Assembly: GCA_964555465.1 (NCBI GenBank)
Contig: CAZKSR010000001.1
Location: 39,354-103,353, forward strand
DNA length: 64,000 nt
DNA from: an uncultured Oscillospiraceae bacterium
GTDB lineage: Bacteria; Bacillota; Clostridia; Oscillospirales; Oscillospiraceae
Direction of reading: 5' to 3'
Under the pieces are notes generated by a model that saw only the letters and a list, made by a program, of their open reading frames with translations, did no database searches and was not told the origin of the DNA. The translations under genes were made by a program, and so were the position numbers. Positions 37,877 to 48,424 of the stretch are shown here, piece by piece; the first letter of the stretch is position 1; each line of letters starts with the position of its first letter.

Positions 37877-39515
37877 AAAAATCTTTCGCTCCATCATAGC
37901 CGTTGCGATGGTTGTGCTGCTTGCAAGCCTTGTTATCTCAAGCACTTTTTTGTATGATTATTTTAACAAACTGCAGGTATCGCAGCTCAAAGAGGAGCTT
38001 TCTCTTGCCGCCGCCAATGTGAACGGCGGAGAGATCGAATATTTCGATCATCTCGATTCGTCTGTTTTCCGCTTCACGCTGGTGTCGGCTGACGGCGAAG
38101 TGCTCTATGACTCGCAGGCCGCGGCGAATGATATGGAAAATCATCTCGAGCGCGAGGAAATTGCCGAAGCACTGAAAAGCGGAAGCGGCAGCAGCGCAAG
38201 ATATTCCTCCACCCTGACCGAGCGAACGTTTTACGAAGCGACTCGCCTCGAAAACGGGAATGTGCTTCGCATCTCCGTCAGTCAGGCAACGGTAGGCGCT
38301 TTGATGCTGGGGATGATCCCGGTCGTTGTTGCCGTCATTCTGATTTCCGCTGTTGTGGCTCTCGTGCTGTCGCATAAAATGGCAAAGGACATTGTAAGAC
38401 CGCTGAATGAGCTTGACCTTGAAAACCCCGCTGAAAACGAAGCCTATGACGAGCTTGTGCCCATTCTGACCAAGCTGAACAAGCAGCACAGGCAGATCAC
38501 GGAGCAAATGCAGCAGCTACGGCAGAAGTCCGATGAATTTGAGCAGATCACCGCTTCCATGAACGAGGGGCTTGTGCTGCTGAATGAAAAGGGTGTGATA
38601 CTCAGCATCAATTCTGCGGCAAAAAAGCTGTTTTCGGCCGACCAAACGGCGGTCGGACGGGATTTACTCGCCCTTGACCGCAGCAGCGACATGAGGCGTG
38701 CCGTTGAAAGGGCATTGAAGGGCAAGAGAGCCGAGTTCCGCGAGGAACGACGCGGCAGCGAATATCAGTTTATGATCAGCCGCATCGAATCGGACGGCAG
38801 GACGGTAGGCGTTGTGATTCTTTGCTTTGACGTGACGGAAACCGCGTTTGCCGAGCGAAACCGCAGGGAATTTACCGCCAATGTTTCGCACGAGCTGAAA
38901 ACACCGCTTCAATCCATTATCGGCAGTGCGGAGCTTCTTGAAAACGGCCTCGTGAAGCCGGAGGATACCGAGCGGTTTGTCGCGAACATCAAAAAAGAGG
39001 CCGAAGGACTGGTTCTGCTGATCAACGATATCATCCGCCTTTCTCAGCTTGACGAAAATACGGAGCCTGTCTGTGAATCGGTCGACCTTTATGAGATCGC
39101 GAAAGAAGGAATTGAGGCACTGGGCGCGTCGGCGGCAAAAAAGCAGGTTACCCTGCGGCTGAACGGGCAGCCCTGCTGCATGAACGGCGTTCGCAGATAC
39201 CTTTACGAGATCATTTACAATCTCTGCGATAACGCCATCCGCTATAACAAAATCGGCGGAACGGTGACGGTCGAGTTGAGGAAGAGCGACGGGACTGTGG
39301 TGCTTTCGGTCAGCGACACGGGGATCGGCATCCCAACAGAGCACCACAGCCGCATATTCGAACGCTTCTATCGCGTGGATAAAAGCCATTCCAGGGAAAC
39401 GGGCGGCACCGGCCTCGGACTGTCGATCGTGAAACACGCCGTTGCCTTCCACGGCGGCACGATCAAGCTCGACAGCAGGGTCGGGGAAGGCACAACGATC
39501 ACGGTTGAATTTTGA
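37869..39515 (+). CDS. phoR: phosphate regulon sensor histidine kinase
   Basis: Two TMs, MENH.R.E, PAS, SHELKTPL, RFYRVDKSHSRETGGTGLGL. Confidence 0.88.
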   Translation: MSKKIFRSIIAVAMVVLLASLVISSTFLYDYFNKLQVSQLKEELSLAAANVNGGEIEYFDHLDSSVFRFTLVSADGEVLYDSQAAANDMENHLEREEIAEALKSGSGSSARYSSTLTERTFYEATRLENGNVLRISVSQATVGALMLGMIPVVVAVILISAVVALVLSHKMAKDIVRPLNELDLENPAENEAYDELVPILTKLNKQHRQITEQMQQLRQKSDEFEQITASMNEGLVLLNEKGVILSINSAAKKLFSADQTAVGRDLLALDRSSDMRRAVERALKGKRAEFREERRGSEYQFMISRIESDGRTVGVVILCFDVTETAFAERNRREFTANVSHELKTPLQSIIGSAELLENGLVKPEDTERFVANIKKEAEGLVLLINDIIRLSQLDENTEPVCESVDLYEIAKEGIEALGASAAKKQVTLRLNGQPCCMNGVRRYLYEIIYNLCDNAIRYNKIGGTVTVELRKSDGTVVLSVSDTGIGIPTEHHSRIFERFYRVDKSHSRETGGTGLGLSIVKHAVAFHGGTIKLDSRVGEGTTITVEF

Positions 39516-39707
39516 TCCGGAAGCTTTCGAAAACCGCTTACGGGACGGGGACGGAATCCCTCGTTATTTCGGGCGCGCCGTCCGGCCGCCGTGTCCGTGG
39601 GGAAAAGGCCGCTGCTTTTTCGTTCGTCTCGATTTTCTTTCCCAATGCGCCATTCAGAGAAATATGTGCTATAATGGATTCGATACAAAGCAAGAGAGGC
39701 GGATCGG

Positions 39708-40079
39708 ATGGACAGACAGAAGGATGTGACGAGGCTGACGGAGCTGCTTGCCTCGTGCGGCGACGTGTTGATCGCCATGGGCGACGAGACTCGGCTGCAT
39801 CTGATCCTCGAAATGCTGCAAATCGGAGATTGCGGAGGCGTTCGTGTCGGGCAGATCACACAGAAAACTAACCTCTCCCGTCCGTCGGTTTCGCATCATC
39901 TGAGGATCCTGAAGGATGCGGGGATTGTCAAGGTTCGCAGGGAGGGCACGAAGAACTATTACTATTTCGACCCTCGGACGGAATCCTTTGAGCAGATCAT
40001 TTCCGCTCTGCGCCTTGCGATGGAAATCACGAAAGCATTGCCCGATCGAAGGGGCGAGGATGAAACGGAGGAATTATAA
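39708..40079 (+). CDS. ArsR/SmtB family transcriptional regulator
   Basis: GDETRL.LI, LSRPSVSHHLRILK.AG, EGTKNYY. Confidence 0.9.
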   Translation: MDRQKDVTRLTELLASCGDVLIAMGDETRLHLILEMLQIGDCGGVRVGQITQKTNLSRPSVSHHLRILKDAGIVKVRREGTKNYYYFDPRTESFEQIISALRLAMEITKALPDRRGEDETEEL

Positions 40080-40729
40080 TGGATCCCATGGAGCTGATGC
40101 TGCAGCGGCACAGCGTTCGTCAGTACCTTCCCACGCCGATTGAAGCGGAGAAGAGAGCGGAGCTGGATGCGCTGACAGACGAGATCAACAACGAAAACGG
40201 ACTGCATATTCAGATCCTCTACGATGAGCCGAGGTGCTTTGATTCGTTCATGGCGCACTACGGCAAGTTTGACGGGGTGCGAAATTACATTGCGCTGGTT
40301 GGAAAAAAGTCTGCCGCTTTGGACGAAATGCTCGGCTTTTTCGGAGAAATGCTCGTTCTGAAGGCACAGGAGCTGGGACTGAATACCTGCTGGGTCGCGC
40401 TGACACACGGAAAGAGCGGCGCCGTAGTTCGCAAGGGCGAAAAGCTTGTCTGCCTGATCGCGCTGGGTTACGGGAAGACGCAGGGCGTTGCGCATAAGAG
40501 TAAGCCGATGCAGGAGGTCTGCAATCTGTCCGAAAAAGCACCCGAGTGGTTTTCCGACGGTGTCCGAGCCGCGCTGCTTGCGCCGACGGCGATGAATCAG
40601 CAGAAGTTCCGCTTTGCGCTGAAATCCGACGGAACGGTCGGACTGAAATGCGGAAAGGGCTTTTATACCAAGCTCGACCTCGGCATTGTGAAATACCATT
40701 TTGAAACCGTCAGCGGCAAAAAAATATGA
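40079..40729 (+). CDS. nitroreductase family protein
   Basis: RHSVRQY, GLNTCWV, APTAMNQQ, DLGI.KYHFE. Confidence 0.88.
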   Translation: MDPMELMLQRHSVRQYLPTPIEAEKRAELDALTDEINNENGLHIQILYDEPRCFDSFMAHYGKFDGVRNYIALVGKKSAALDEMLGFFGEMLVLKAQELGLNTCWVALTHGKSGAVVRKGEKLVCLIALGYGKTQGVAHKSKPMQEVCNLSEKAPEWFSDGVRAALLAPTAMNQQKFRFALKSDGTVGLKCGKGFYTKLDLGIVKYHFETVSGKKI

Positions 40730-40769
40730 CAAAAACGACGCTTGCACAAAACGCAAGCGTCGTTTGCTC

Positions 40770-42875
40770 TTATACCTCAAACATCAAGTCGCCGTAGGTC
40801 GGCACCGGCCACAGAGCCTTGTCGACCACAAGTTCCAGCCGATCGATCGGCTCACGCAGAGCCTTCATCGCGGGAGCAATGGTGCCGTGGCAGTACTCCG
40901 CCATCTCCTGCGCCGAGTCGATGATGTTGCTGTGCTGCACGGATTGCTCCAGTGCTTGCAGGGCGTCGCTGGCCTGCGCGAGAAGGGCAGTGGTCTTTTT
41001 CAGCAGCTCCTCCTGCACGGCGCAGGGGACGTCGGGGCAGGCTTGGCGGATCTTGCAGACGGAGTCAGCGAGGCGAGTCGTGTAGCGGACGACCGACGGG
41101 ATGTAGTGCTTCGAGGCCATATGGAGCATTGTCCGCGCCTCGATGCAGGTGACCTTTGCATACGTCTCGTAAAGAATCTCGCTTCTCGATTCCAGCTCTG
41201 GCCGAGTCAAAACGCCGAAGCGTTCGAACATCTTGACCGAGCTTTCGGCGGTCAGGCCGGGGATGGCATCGACCATACTCGGCAGATTCGGCAAACCGCG
41301 CCGCGCGGCCTCCTCGACCCATTCGGCGCTGTAGCCGTTGCCGTTGAAGATCACGCGGCTGTGCTCGCGCAGATTCTCGGCAATGAGCGTTTTGGCGGCC
41401 GAGGTCACATCCTCGGCCCCATCCAGCCGATTTGCCGCATCGCAGAATGCCTCTGCGACGATGGTATTGAGAATGGTGTTGCAGTTTGCGATGCAGTCCG
41501 ACGAGCCGAGCATACGGAACTCAAACTTGTTGCCCGTGAAGGCGAAGGGAGAGGTGCGGTTGCGGTCGGCGGCGTCCTTTTGGATGACGGGAAGGGTGGA
41601 GACGCCCGTGTCGAGCTGGCCGCCGGTCAGACAGTCCGCAGCCGTGCCGTTTTCGACGATCTGCTCAACAACGTTCTCGAGCTGATTGCCCAAAAAGATG
41701 GAGATGATGGCAGGCGGCGCCTCGTCCGCACCGAGGCGTTGGTCGTTGCCGACGCAGGCAGCCGAAGCACGAAGTAGCTCCGCATGGACATCGACTGCCT
41801 TGATGATGCACGAGAGCACCAATAAAAATTGCAGATTGTTGTTCGGTGTCCTGCCCGGATTCAGGAGGTTTCTGCCGGTGTCCGTCGAGATCGACCAGTT
41901 GTTGTGCTTACCCGAGCCGTTGACTCCGGCAAAGGGCTTTTCGTGCAGGAGGCAGACAAGACCGTGCCGTCCGGCGACGCGCTTCATTGTCTCCATGGTG
42001 AGCTGATTCTGGTCGACTGCCACGTTGCAGGTGGCATAGATCGGGGCAAGCTCATGCTGCGCCGGTGCGACCTCGTTGTGCTGCGTTGCGGCAGGGATCC
42101 CCATTTTCCAAAGCTCACGGTTCAGGTCGGCCATGAATTCGCCCACCCGTTCGCGGATGACGCCGAAATACTGATCCTCCAGCTCCTGACCCTTGGGCGC
42201 AGGCGCACCGAAGAGCGTGCGCCCGCAGTAGATGAGGTCGCGCCGCTTAAGGTACATTTCGCGGTCGACGATGAAATACTCCTGCTCCGCGCCGACCGAG
42301 GGGACGACCTTGGTCGCCTCCGTATCACCGAAGAGATGTAAAATGCGGACAGCCTGTTGAGAAAGCGCCTCCATCGAGCGCAAAAGCGGCGTTTTGTTGT
42401 CCAGCGCCTCGCCGTGATAGGAGAAGAAGAGCGTCGGGATGCAGAGAATTGTGCCGCAGGTCATCTCCTTGACAAAGGCAGGGGAGGTCATGTCCCATGC
42501 GGTGTAGCCTCGGGCATAGTGCGTCGCGCGCAGGCCGCCGGAGGGGAAGGATGAGGCATCGGACTCGCCGCGGATAAGCTGCTTGCCCGTTAGTTTCAAA
42601 ATCGCCTTGCCCTGCGCATCGGGCGCAGAGAGGAAGGCGTCGTGCTTTTCGGCAGTGATTCCGGTCAGCGGCAGGAACCAGTGCGTATAGTGTGTTGCGC
42701 CCAGCTCGATTGCCCAGTCCATCATCGCCTTGGCAACGATGTCGGCAGATTTTGCGGAAATTCTGCCGCCGTTTTTTTCCACGGAAACGACCTCTTCAAA
42801 GACCTCTCTCGGCAAACGCTGCTCCATCACGGCCTTCGAGAATACATTTTTACCGAAATAATCGGATATGTTCAT
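40770..42875 (-). CDS. glnA: glutamine synthetase type III
   Basis: THWF.PLTG.TAEKHD, ESDASSFPSGGLR, HNEVAP.QHE, HEKPFAGVNGSGKH, DRNRTSPFAFTGNKFEFR. Confidence 0.95.
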   Translation of the reverse strand: MNISDYFGKNVFSKAVMEQRLPREVFEEVVSVEKNGGRISAKSADIVAKAMMDWAIELGATHYTHWFLPLTGITAEKHDAFLSAPDAQGKAILKLTGKQLIRGESDASSFPSGGLRATHYARGYTAWDMTSPAFVKEMTCGTILCIPTLFFSYHGEALDNKTPLLRSMEALSQQAVRILHLFGDTEATKVVPSVGAEQEYFIVDREMYLKRRDLIYCGRTLFGAPAPKGQELEDQYFGVIRERVGEFMADLNRELWKMGIPAATQHNEVAPAQHELAPIYATCNVAVDQNQLTMETMKRVAGRHGLVCLLHEKPFAGVNGSGKHNNWSISTDTGRNLLNPGRTPNNNLQFLLVLSCIIKAVDVHAELLRASAACVGNDQRLGADEAPPAIISIFLGNQLENVVEQIVENGTAADCLTGGQLDTGVSTLPVIQKDAADRNRTSPFAFTGNKFEFRMLGSSDCIANCNTILNTIVAEAFCDAANRLDGAEDVTSAAKTLIAENLREHSRVIFNGNGYSAEWVEEAARRGLPNLPSMVDAIPGLTAESSVKMFERFGVLTRPELESRSEILYETYAKVTCIEARTMLHMASKHYIPSVVRYTTRLADSVCKIRQACPDVPCAVQEELLKKTTALLAQASDALQALEQSVQHSNIIDSAQEMAEYCHGTIAPAMKALREPIDRLELVVDKALWPVPTYGDLMFEV

Positions 42876-43017
42876 TTTTCCGCCTCCTTTATTGCTTACA
42901 GTGTACTCCCATCTGCGGAAAAATGCAAGTATTTTTTTCGGAAATTTACGGAAACGACTTCGATTTTTACCATTTTCAACTCCTGCGCTTTGCACATACT
43001 ATGGCAGAGGTGATCGA

Positions 43018-43686
43018 ATGTTGACAATTTTTTTGCGAGCCGTTCTGCTCTATGCGATTTTGGTCGTGACGGTGCGCGTGATGGGCAAGCGGCAGATCGG
43101 GCAGATGGAGCCGTCGGAATTTGTTGTGACGATGCTGTTGGCAAACCTTGCCGCCATCCCGTTGGAGGATCCCGATGTTCCGCTCCTGCATGGCATCATT
43201 CCGATTGCCGTGGTGTTCGCCGCCGAGCTTCTCATCGCATGGCTCACGACAGTCTCCATTCCTTTTCGCAAGCTCTTCTGCGGCAAGCCCGAAATCCTCA
43301 TCGACAACGGGAAAATCTGCCTGAAAGCCCTGCGGAAGAACCGCATCAATCTTGACGAGCTGACGATGCACCTGCGAGAGAAGGAGATTTTCGACATCAG
43401 CGAGGTCAAATTTGCTATTTTGGAGACGAACGGTCAGCTTTCCACCCTCCTCTATGCCAAAAATCGACCGGCGAGCGCAAAGGACGCCGGCCAAAGGGTT
43501 CGGGAAACGGAGCTGCCGGTCACTCTCATTTCCGACGGAAAGATACTGAAAAACAACCTGTCGGCGGCAAAACGGTCGGAGGCGTGGCTGCACGGGGAGC
43601 TGAAAAAGCGAAGCTGCTCTGCAAGAGAGGCGCTCCTGTTTACCGTGGATTGCAGGGGAAAAATATTCTTTGTGCGTCGGGAGTGA
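43018..43686 (+). CDS. DUF421 (YetF/YcaP) family membrane protein
   Basis: RVMGKRQIGQM, G.P.ILI.NG, AILETNGQLS, LISDGK. Confidence 0.9.
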   Translation: MLTIFLRAVLLYAILVVTVRVMGKRQIGQMEPSEFVVTMLLANLAAIPLEDPDVPLLHGIIPIAVVFAAELLIAWLTTVSIPFRKLFCGKPEILIDNGKICLKALRKNRINLDELTMHLREKEIFDISEVKFAILETNGQLSTLLYAKNRPASAKDAGQRVRETELPVTLISDGKILKNNLSAAKRSEAWLHGELKKRSCSAREALLFTVDCRGKIFFVRRE

Positions 43687-43753
43687 TGCGAATGCTTGCG
43701 TTTTCGGCGCAAATGCGGTATAATATTCCGGAACGAAAAAGGGAGGAATTTTA

Positions 43754-44917
43754 ATGCACGCCATCCCGAATAAGCAGGATTATATTGCAGATACCTACCG
43801 CCGCTTTCCCATCGAGATCGCAGGCGGCAGCGGCTCGACCGTTTTCGACACCGAGGGTCGTTCCTACATCGACCTCGGCAGCGGCATCGCCGTCAATATT
43901 TTCGGTCTGAACGACGCATTGTGGCGCTCGGCGGTGATCGACCAGCTCGATAAATTCCAGCATTGCTCCAATCTCTACTATTCCGATCCGTCGGCTACGC
44001 TCGCGGAGATGCTCTGCCGAAAAACCGGTGCGTCGAAGGTTTTCTTCTCCAACTCCGGTGCGGAGGCCAACGAGTGCGCGATCAAGGCCGCCCGCAAGTG
44101 GGGAATGGAGCACAAGGGCGCGGATTTTTTCAACATCATCACCCTCAAAATGAGCTTCCACGGCAGAACGCTTGCGACCCTCGCGGCGACCGGACAGGAT
44201 AGCTTTCACAGGCTCTATCAGCCCCTTCCCGACGGATTTTTCCACGCAGAGGTCGGTGATGCGGAGGGCTTGGAGACACTTTTGAAGGAGCATCCCTGTG
44301 CCGCGATCATGTTTGAGGCAGTGCAGGGCGAGGGCGGTGTCATGCCCATCGGCCGTGCCTTTGCCGATGACATGGCACGGTTGGCGGAGAAATATCATGT
44401 CCTTCTCATTGCCGACGAGGTTCAGCTCGGCAACGGACGCAGCGGTCGGCTCTACGGTTACATGAACTACGGCCTCAAGCCCGACATCGTCAGCACGGCA
44501 AAGGGCTTGGGCGGCGGCCTGCCCATCGGCGCAACGATGCTTTTTGACCGCGTGGCGGACATTTTCGCCCCGGGCGACCACGGAACGACCTTCGGCGGCA
44601 ATCCCGTCTGCTGCGCCGGTGCCGTCAATATCCTCGACCGCATCGACGAGGCTCTTCTTGAGGGCGTAAGAGAGCGCTCTGCGTACATCGTTCGGGAGCT
44701 GAGCGGCACACAGGGCATCGCTTCCGTCAGCGGCATGGGGCTGATGCTGGGACTTGCACTTGACAAGCCGGCAAGAGCCTTTGCCGAACGCCTCTTGGAG
44801 CGCGGCGTCATGGTCACGACCGCAAAGAATAAAATTCGGCTCCTGCCGGCACTGAACATCCCGATGGAACAACTGAAACAAGCGGTGCAGATCATCAAAG
44901 CCTGCGCCGCAGAATAA
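43754..44917 (+). CDS. argD: acetylornithine aminotransferase
   Basis: [42 protein letters not shown]; adjacent to argF. Confidence 0.88.
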   Translation: MHAIPNKQDYIADTYRRFPIEIAGGSGSTVFDTEGRSYIDLGSGIAVNIFGLNDALWRSAVIDQLDKFQHCSNLYYSDPSATLAEMLCRKTGASKVFFSNSGAEANECAIKAARKWGMEHKGADFFNIITLKMSFHGRTLATLAATGQDSFHRLYQPLPDGFFHAEVGDAEGLETLLKEHPCAAIMFEAVQGEGGVMPIGRAFADDMARLAEKYHVLLIADEVQLGNGRSGRLYGYMNYGLKPDIVSTAKGLGGGLPIGATMLFDRVADIFAPGDHGTTFGGNPVCCAGAVNILDRIDEALLEGVRERSAYIVRELSGTQGIASVSGMGLMLGLALDKPARAFAERLLERGVMVTTAKNKIRLLPALNIPMEQLKQAVQIIKACAAE

Positions 44918-44927
44918 GGAGGACATT

Positions 44928-45914
44928 ATGAATCTGAAAGGCAAGCATTTTCTGACTCTGCTCGACTTTACCCCGGAGGAGATCACCTCCCTGCTCGACC
45001 TTGCCGCCGACCTCAAGGCAAAGAAAAAGGCCGGCATTGCGCATGACGACCTGAAGGGAAAGAACATCGCCCTGATCTTCGAAAAGACGTCTACCCGTAC
45101 CCGTTGCTCCTTTGAGGTCGCAGCGCATGACCTCGGGATGCACGTGACCTACCTCGACCCCACAGGCTCGCAGATCGGCAAGAAGGAATCCATTGCCGAC
45201 ACCGCCCGTGTGCTCGGACGCCTCTATGACGGCATCGAGTACCGCGGCTTCGGTCAGACGATCGTCGAGGAGCTGGCAAGGCACGCAGGCGTCCCCGTTT
45301 GGAACGGCCTGACCAATGAATACCACCCGACGCAGATTTTGGCCGATATGCTGACCATACGGGAGCATTTCGGCAGCTTGAAGGGACGGACGCTCGTTTT
45401 CATGGGTGACTGCCGCTATAATATGGCAAATTCTCTGATGATCGGCTGCGCCAAACTCGGACTGAATTTCGTCGCCTGCGGGCCGGAGGGCTATTTCCCC
45501 GTGCCCGAGCTGATCGAGCGTTGCGAGAAGATTGCGGCCGAGACAGGCAGTACCCTGCGCTTTGAAACCGACCCCATGAAGGCAACGGCGAACGCCGACG
45601 TGATCTATACGGATGTCTGGGTTTCCATGGGCGAACCGATGGAGGCGTGGGAGGAGCGTATCGACAAGATGCTTCCGTATCAGGTCAACGCCAAGCTCAT
45701 GGCCAATGCCGGGCAGAACGCTGTCTTTATGCACTGCCTGCCTGCTTTCCACGACCTGAAGACCGGCATCGGCAGACAGATGGGCGAGCGCTTCGGGCTG
45801 GAGGCTCTGGAAGTCACGGACGAGGTCTTTGAGAGTCAACAGTCCATCGTCTTTGACGAGGCCGAGAATCGGATGCACACCATCAAGGCTGTCCTCGCCG
45901 CAACGCTTGCATAG
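44928..45914 (+). CDS. argF: ornithine carbamoyltransferase
   Basis: STRTR, HPTQ, DVWVSMG, HCLP, AENR. Confidence 0.96.
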   Translation: MNLKGKHFLTLLDFTPEEITSLLDLAADLKAKKKAGIAHDDLKGKNIALIFEKTSTRTRCSFEVAAHDLGMHVTYLDPTGSQIGKKESIADTARVLGRLYDGIEYRGFGQTIVEELARHAGVPVWNGLTNEYHPTQILADMLTIREHFGSLKGRTLVFMGDCRYNMANSLMIGCAKLGLNFVACGPEGYFPVPELIERCEKIAAETGSTLRFETDPMKATANADVIYTDVWVSMGEPMEAWEERIDKMLPYQVNAKLMANAGQNAVFMHCLPAFHDLKTGIGRQMGERFGLEALEVTDEVFESQQSIVFDEAENRMHTIKAVLAATLA

Positions 45915-46000
45915 CACTATTTGCCGAGCCGACGGCGGCGTCGAAGCAAATACTTTTTTGAAATTGCGCATAGAATGTCACAAAAATTTTTTAGGAGGTA

Positions 46001-46894
46001 ATGCTTATGCCGGGACCCGGAGGCGGAGGACGAGGCGGTGGAGGTGGCCGCAGCGGTGGAGGCTTCCACGGAGGCGGTCGAGGCGGTGGAGGCTTCCACG
46101 GCGGAGGCGGCTTTTACGGAGGCGGTTACCACGGCCCGTATAGAGGCGGCTGGGGGCGCAGGACTTACGGCGGAGGCTGCTTGAGCAGCTTGCTCGGCAT
46201 GATCCTTCTTCCGATTATCGTCGCCGTTCTCGCCATTGTGTTCATTGTCACCGCTTTGACAGGAAACATGAAATGGGATAATTACGACGAGGAAAAATTT
46301 CAGGACTATGCCAACAGCAGATATTTTCAATATTTCGGCGCGGAAGAGGACACCGAAGACCAGCTTCTCATCGTTTTTCTGACGTATGAGGATCATTATG
46401 AGTATCACTATATCGCATGGGTCGGTGACCATGTTGAAAGCCGCATCGTCGGGCTGCTCGGAAATAACGAAACCGATCTGGGAAGCCTGATGAACGCCAA
46501 CATTGCCGAGAACTATAAGTACTCTCTCGGTAAGAACCTTTCGCAGGTATTCGAGGACTTGACCGATGAAGTCAAGACACTGGGCTTGGACAGTAGCTTC
46601 CGCGGTGAGTGCAGCGGTGACCACACGGACGCAGAAGGCAGATTCGTCAACAATACCTCGCTTTCCGTTTCCTCCGCGACGATAGAAACGGCGTTGGACG
46701 AATTCGCCGAGCAGACGGGGATCTCCGTCGTCCTGCTGGTCGAGGATAATACCGTCGTATTCGGAACGAATCACACGCCCATGATCATTGCCGTCATCGT
46801 GCTGCTGATCGCACTCGTGCTCGTTATCGTCTTTTTCACCCGCAGGAGAAGAAAGAGAAAATCGAACGACCCCGAAAACAATTATAATGATTGA
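46001..46894 (+). CDS. hypothetical membrane protein with a Gly-rich N-terminus
   Basis: AGGAGG RBS; GGGFHGGG repeats, TM, acidic extracellular domain, C-terminal TM and basic tail. Confidence 0.75.
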   Translation: MLMPGPGGGGRGGGGGRSGGGFHGGGRGGGGFHGGGGFYGGGYHGPYRGGWGRRTYGGGCLSSLLGMILLPIIVAVLAIVFIVTALTGNMKWDNYDEEKFQDYANSRYFQYFGAEEDTEDQLLIVFLTYEDHYEYHYIAWVGDHVESRIVGLLGNNETDLGSLMNANIAENYKYSLGKNLSQVFEDLTDEVKTLGLDSSFRGECSGDHTDAEGRFVNNTSLSVSSATIETALDEFAEQTGISVVLLVEDNTVVFGTNHTPMIIAVIVLLIALVLVIVFFTRRRRKRKSNDPENNYND

Positions 46895-46897
46895 TGC

Positions 46898-46933
46898 AAA
46901 AAGCACAGAGCAAAAAACGCTCTGTGCTTTTTT
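46898..46933. terminator. bidirectional terminator
   Basis: aaaaagcacagagc...gctctgtgcttttt. Confidence 0.8.
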
Positions 46934-47026
46934 GTTTGCGATCAGGGGATGAGTCTGCCCTCACGTGCTTATGACAAAGCAGGGACAGCACAGTGGCTGC
47001 CCCTGCTTTCGGAGGGAATATTCGGA

Positions 47027-48424
47027 TTATTCCGCCTCGTAGAAAACCTTCATTCCTTTGTAGGTCATATAGGTGTCAAGCTTGCTGACAAGCTCCATCG
47101 GAGCGTGCATGGACAAAACGGGAACGCCTGCGTCAACCGTCTCAATGTTGCGGTTTGCCATGTAGCAGGCGACGGTGCCGCCACCGCCCTGATCGACCTT
47201 GCCGAGCTCGCCCGTCTGCCAGATAACGTCATGCTCGGCAAAGAGCGCGCGGACGTAGCCCATGACCTCTGCGGCGGCGTCGGACGAGCCGGACTTGCCC
47301 CTTGCGCCGGTGTACTTGAAGATGCCGGTGCCGTAGTTGATCCTGGTGTTGTTGCGGCGGTCGCAAGTCTCGGGATAGATGGGATCGTAGGCGTTGCTGA
47401 CATCCGCCGAGAGGCAGAAGGAGGATTCGAAGCAGCGGCGCATACAGGAACCCGTGGCCTTGCACAAATCGTGTATGAACGTCTCGAAGGCGTCGCTCTG
47501 CATACCGGAGATGCCGTTCGAGCCGACCTCTTCCTTGTCGGCAAGGACGCAGACGGCGGTCTTTTTCGGCGTGCCCAGTTCGAGCAGCGGCTTGAAGGCG
47601 GCAAAGGCGCACACGCGGTCATCGTGACCGTAGGCAGCGATCAGACTGCGGTCAAAACCGACCTCACGGGCAGGGCCGGCGGGAACCATGGTCAGCTCTG
47701 CGGAGAGGAAGTCCTCCTCGACCAGACCGTATTTTTCATTCAGCAGGCACAGAACGGCGAACTTGATGCGGTCGGCACCGTCGTCATCCTTCAGCGGCTT
47801 GGAGCCGAGGAGAATGTTGAGGTTTTCGCCCGTCACGCCATCGGCCAGCGTCTTTTTCATCTGGTCGCCGGAGAGGTGGATGAGCAGGTCGGTCACGCAG
47901 AAAATCGGGTCGTTTGCATCCTCACCGACCGTGACCTTGACGACAGAGCCGTCCTTCTTGCAGACAACGCCGTGCAGGGCGAGCGGCGTGGTCGTCCACT
48001 GATATTTCTTAATGCCGCCGTAGTAGTGGGTCTTAAAATAGGCCATCTCCGCATCCTCATACAAGGGGTTGGGCTTGAGGTCAAGACGGGGAGAGTCGAT
48101 GTGCGCGGCGCAGATGTGCGCGCCGTGATTCAGACCTTCCGAGCCGATGACGGCGAAGAAAGCGGCCTTGCCGTGGACATTGCCGTAAACACGGTCGCCG
48201 GGGTTGAGCTTCATGTCGGGGGTGAGGGGGACGAAGCCGTTCTTCTCAGCGACAGAAACCGTCCAATCGACGGCCTCGCGCTCGATCTTGCAGGTGGAGA
48301 TGAAGTCCATATATTCCCTGCAATACGGCTCCATGGCGGCAAGATCGGCCTCGGAAATACGGTCATAGCCGTTTTTCGGGGCGTTCAGAAGCTCTTTTCT
48401 CAGTTCTTCGTAATTCTTTTCCAT
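47027..48424 (-). CDS. M18 family aminopeptidase (ApeA/aspartyl aminopeptidase-like); also the C-terminal part of the coaE reading frame
   Basis: AHIDSPRLDLKP, THYYGGIKKYQW, HDDRVC, KEEVGS, ADV, LSMHAP; own AAAGGAG RBS. Confidence 0.92.
   Translation of the reverse strand: MEKNYEELRKELLNAPKNGYDRISEADLAAMEPYCREYMDFISTCKIEREAVDWTVSVAEKNGFVPLTPDMKLNPGDRVYGNVHGKAAFFAVIGSEGLNHGAHICAAHIDSPRLDLKPNPLYEDAEMAYFKTHYYGGIKKYQWTTTPLALHGVVCKKDGSVVKVTVGEDANDPIFCVTDLLIHLSGDQMKKTLADGVTGENLNILLGSKPLKDDDGADRIKFAVLCLLNEKYGLVEEDFLSAELTMVPAGPAREVGFDRSLIAAYGHDDRVCAFAAFKPLLELGTPKKTAVCVLADKEEVGSNGISGMQSDAFETFIHDLCKATGSCMRRCFESSFCLSADVSNAYDPIYPETCDRRNNTRINYGTGIFKYTGARGKSGSSDAAAEVMGYVRALFAEHDVIWQTGELGKVDQGGGGTVACYMANRNIETVDAGVPVLSMHAPMELVSKLDTYMTYKGMKVFYEAE

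Noticed and set aside
42885..42897. AGCAATAAAGG upstream of glnA as an ANTAR motif
   Set aside because: It is a single imperfect copy, the leader is very short, and there are no twin hairpins or terminator.
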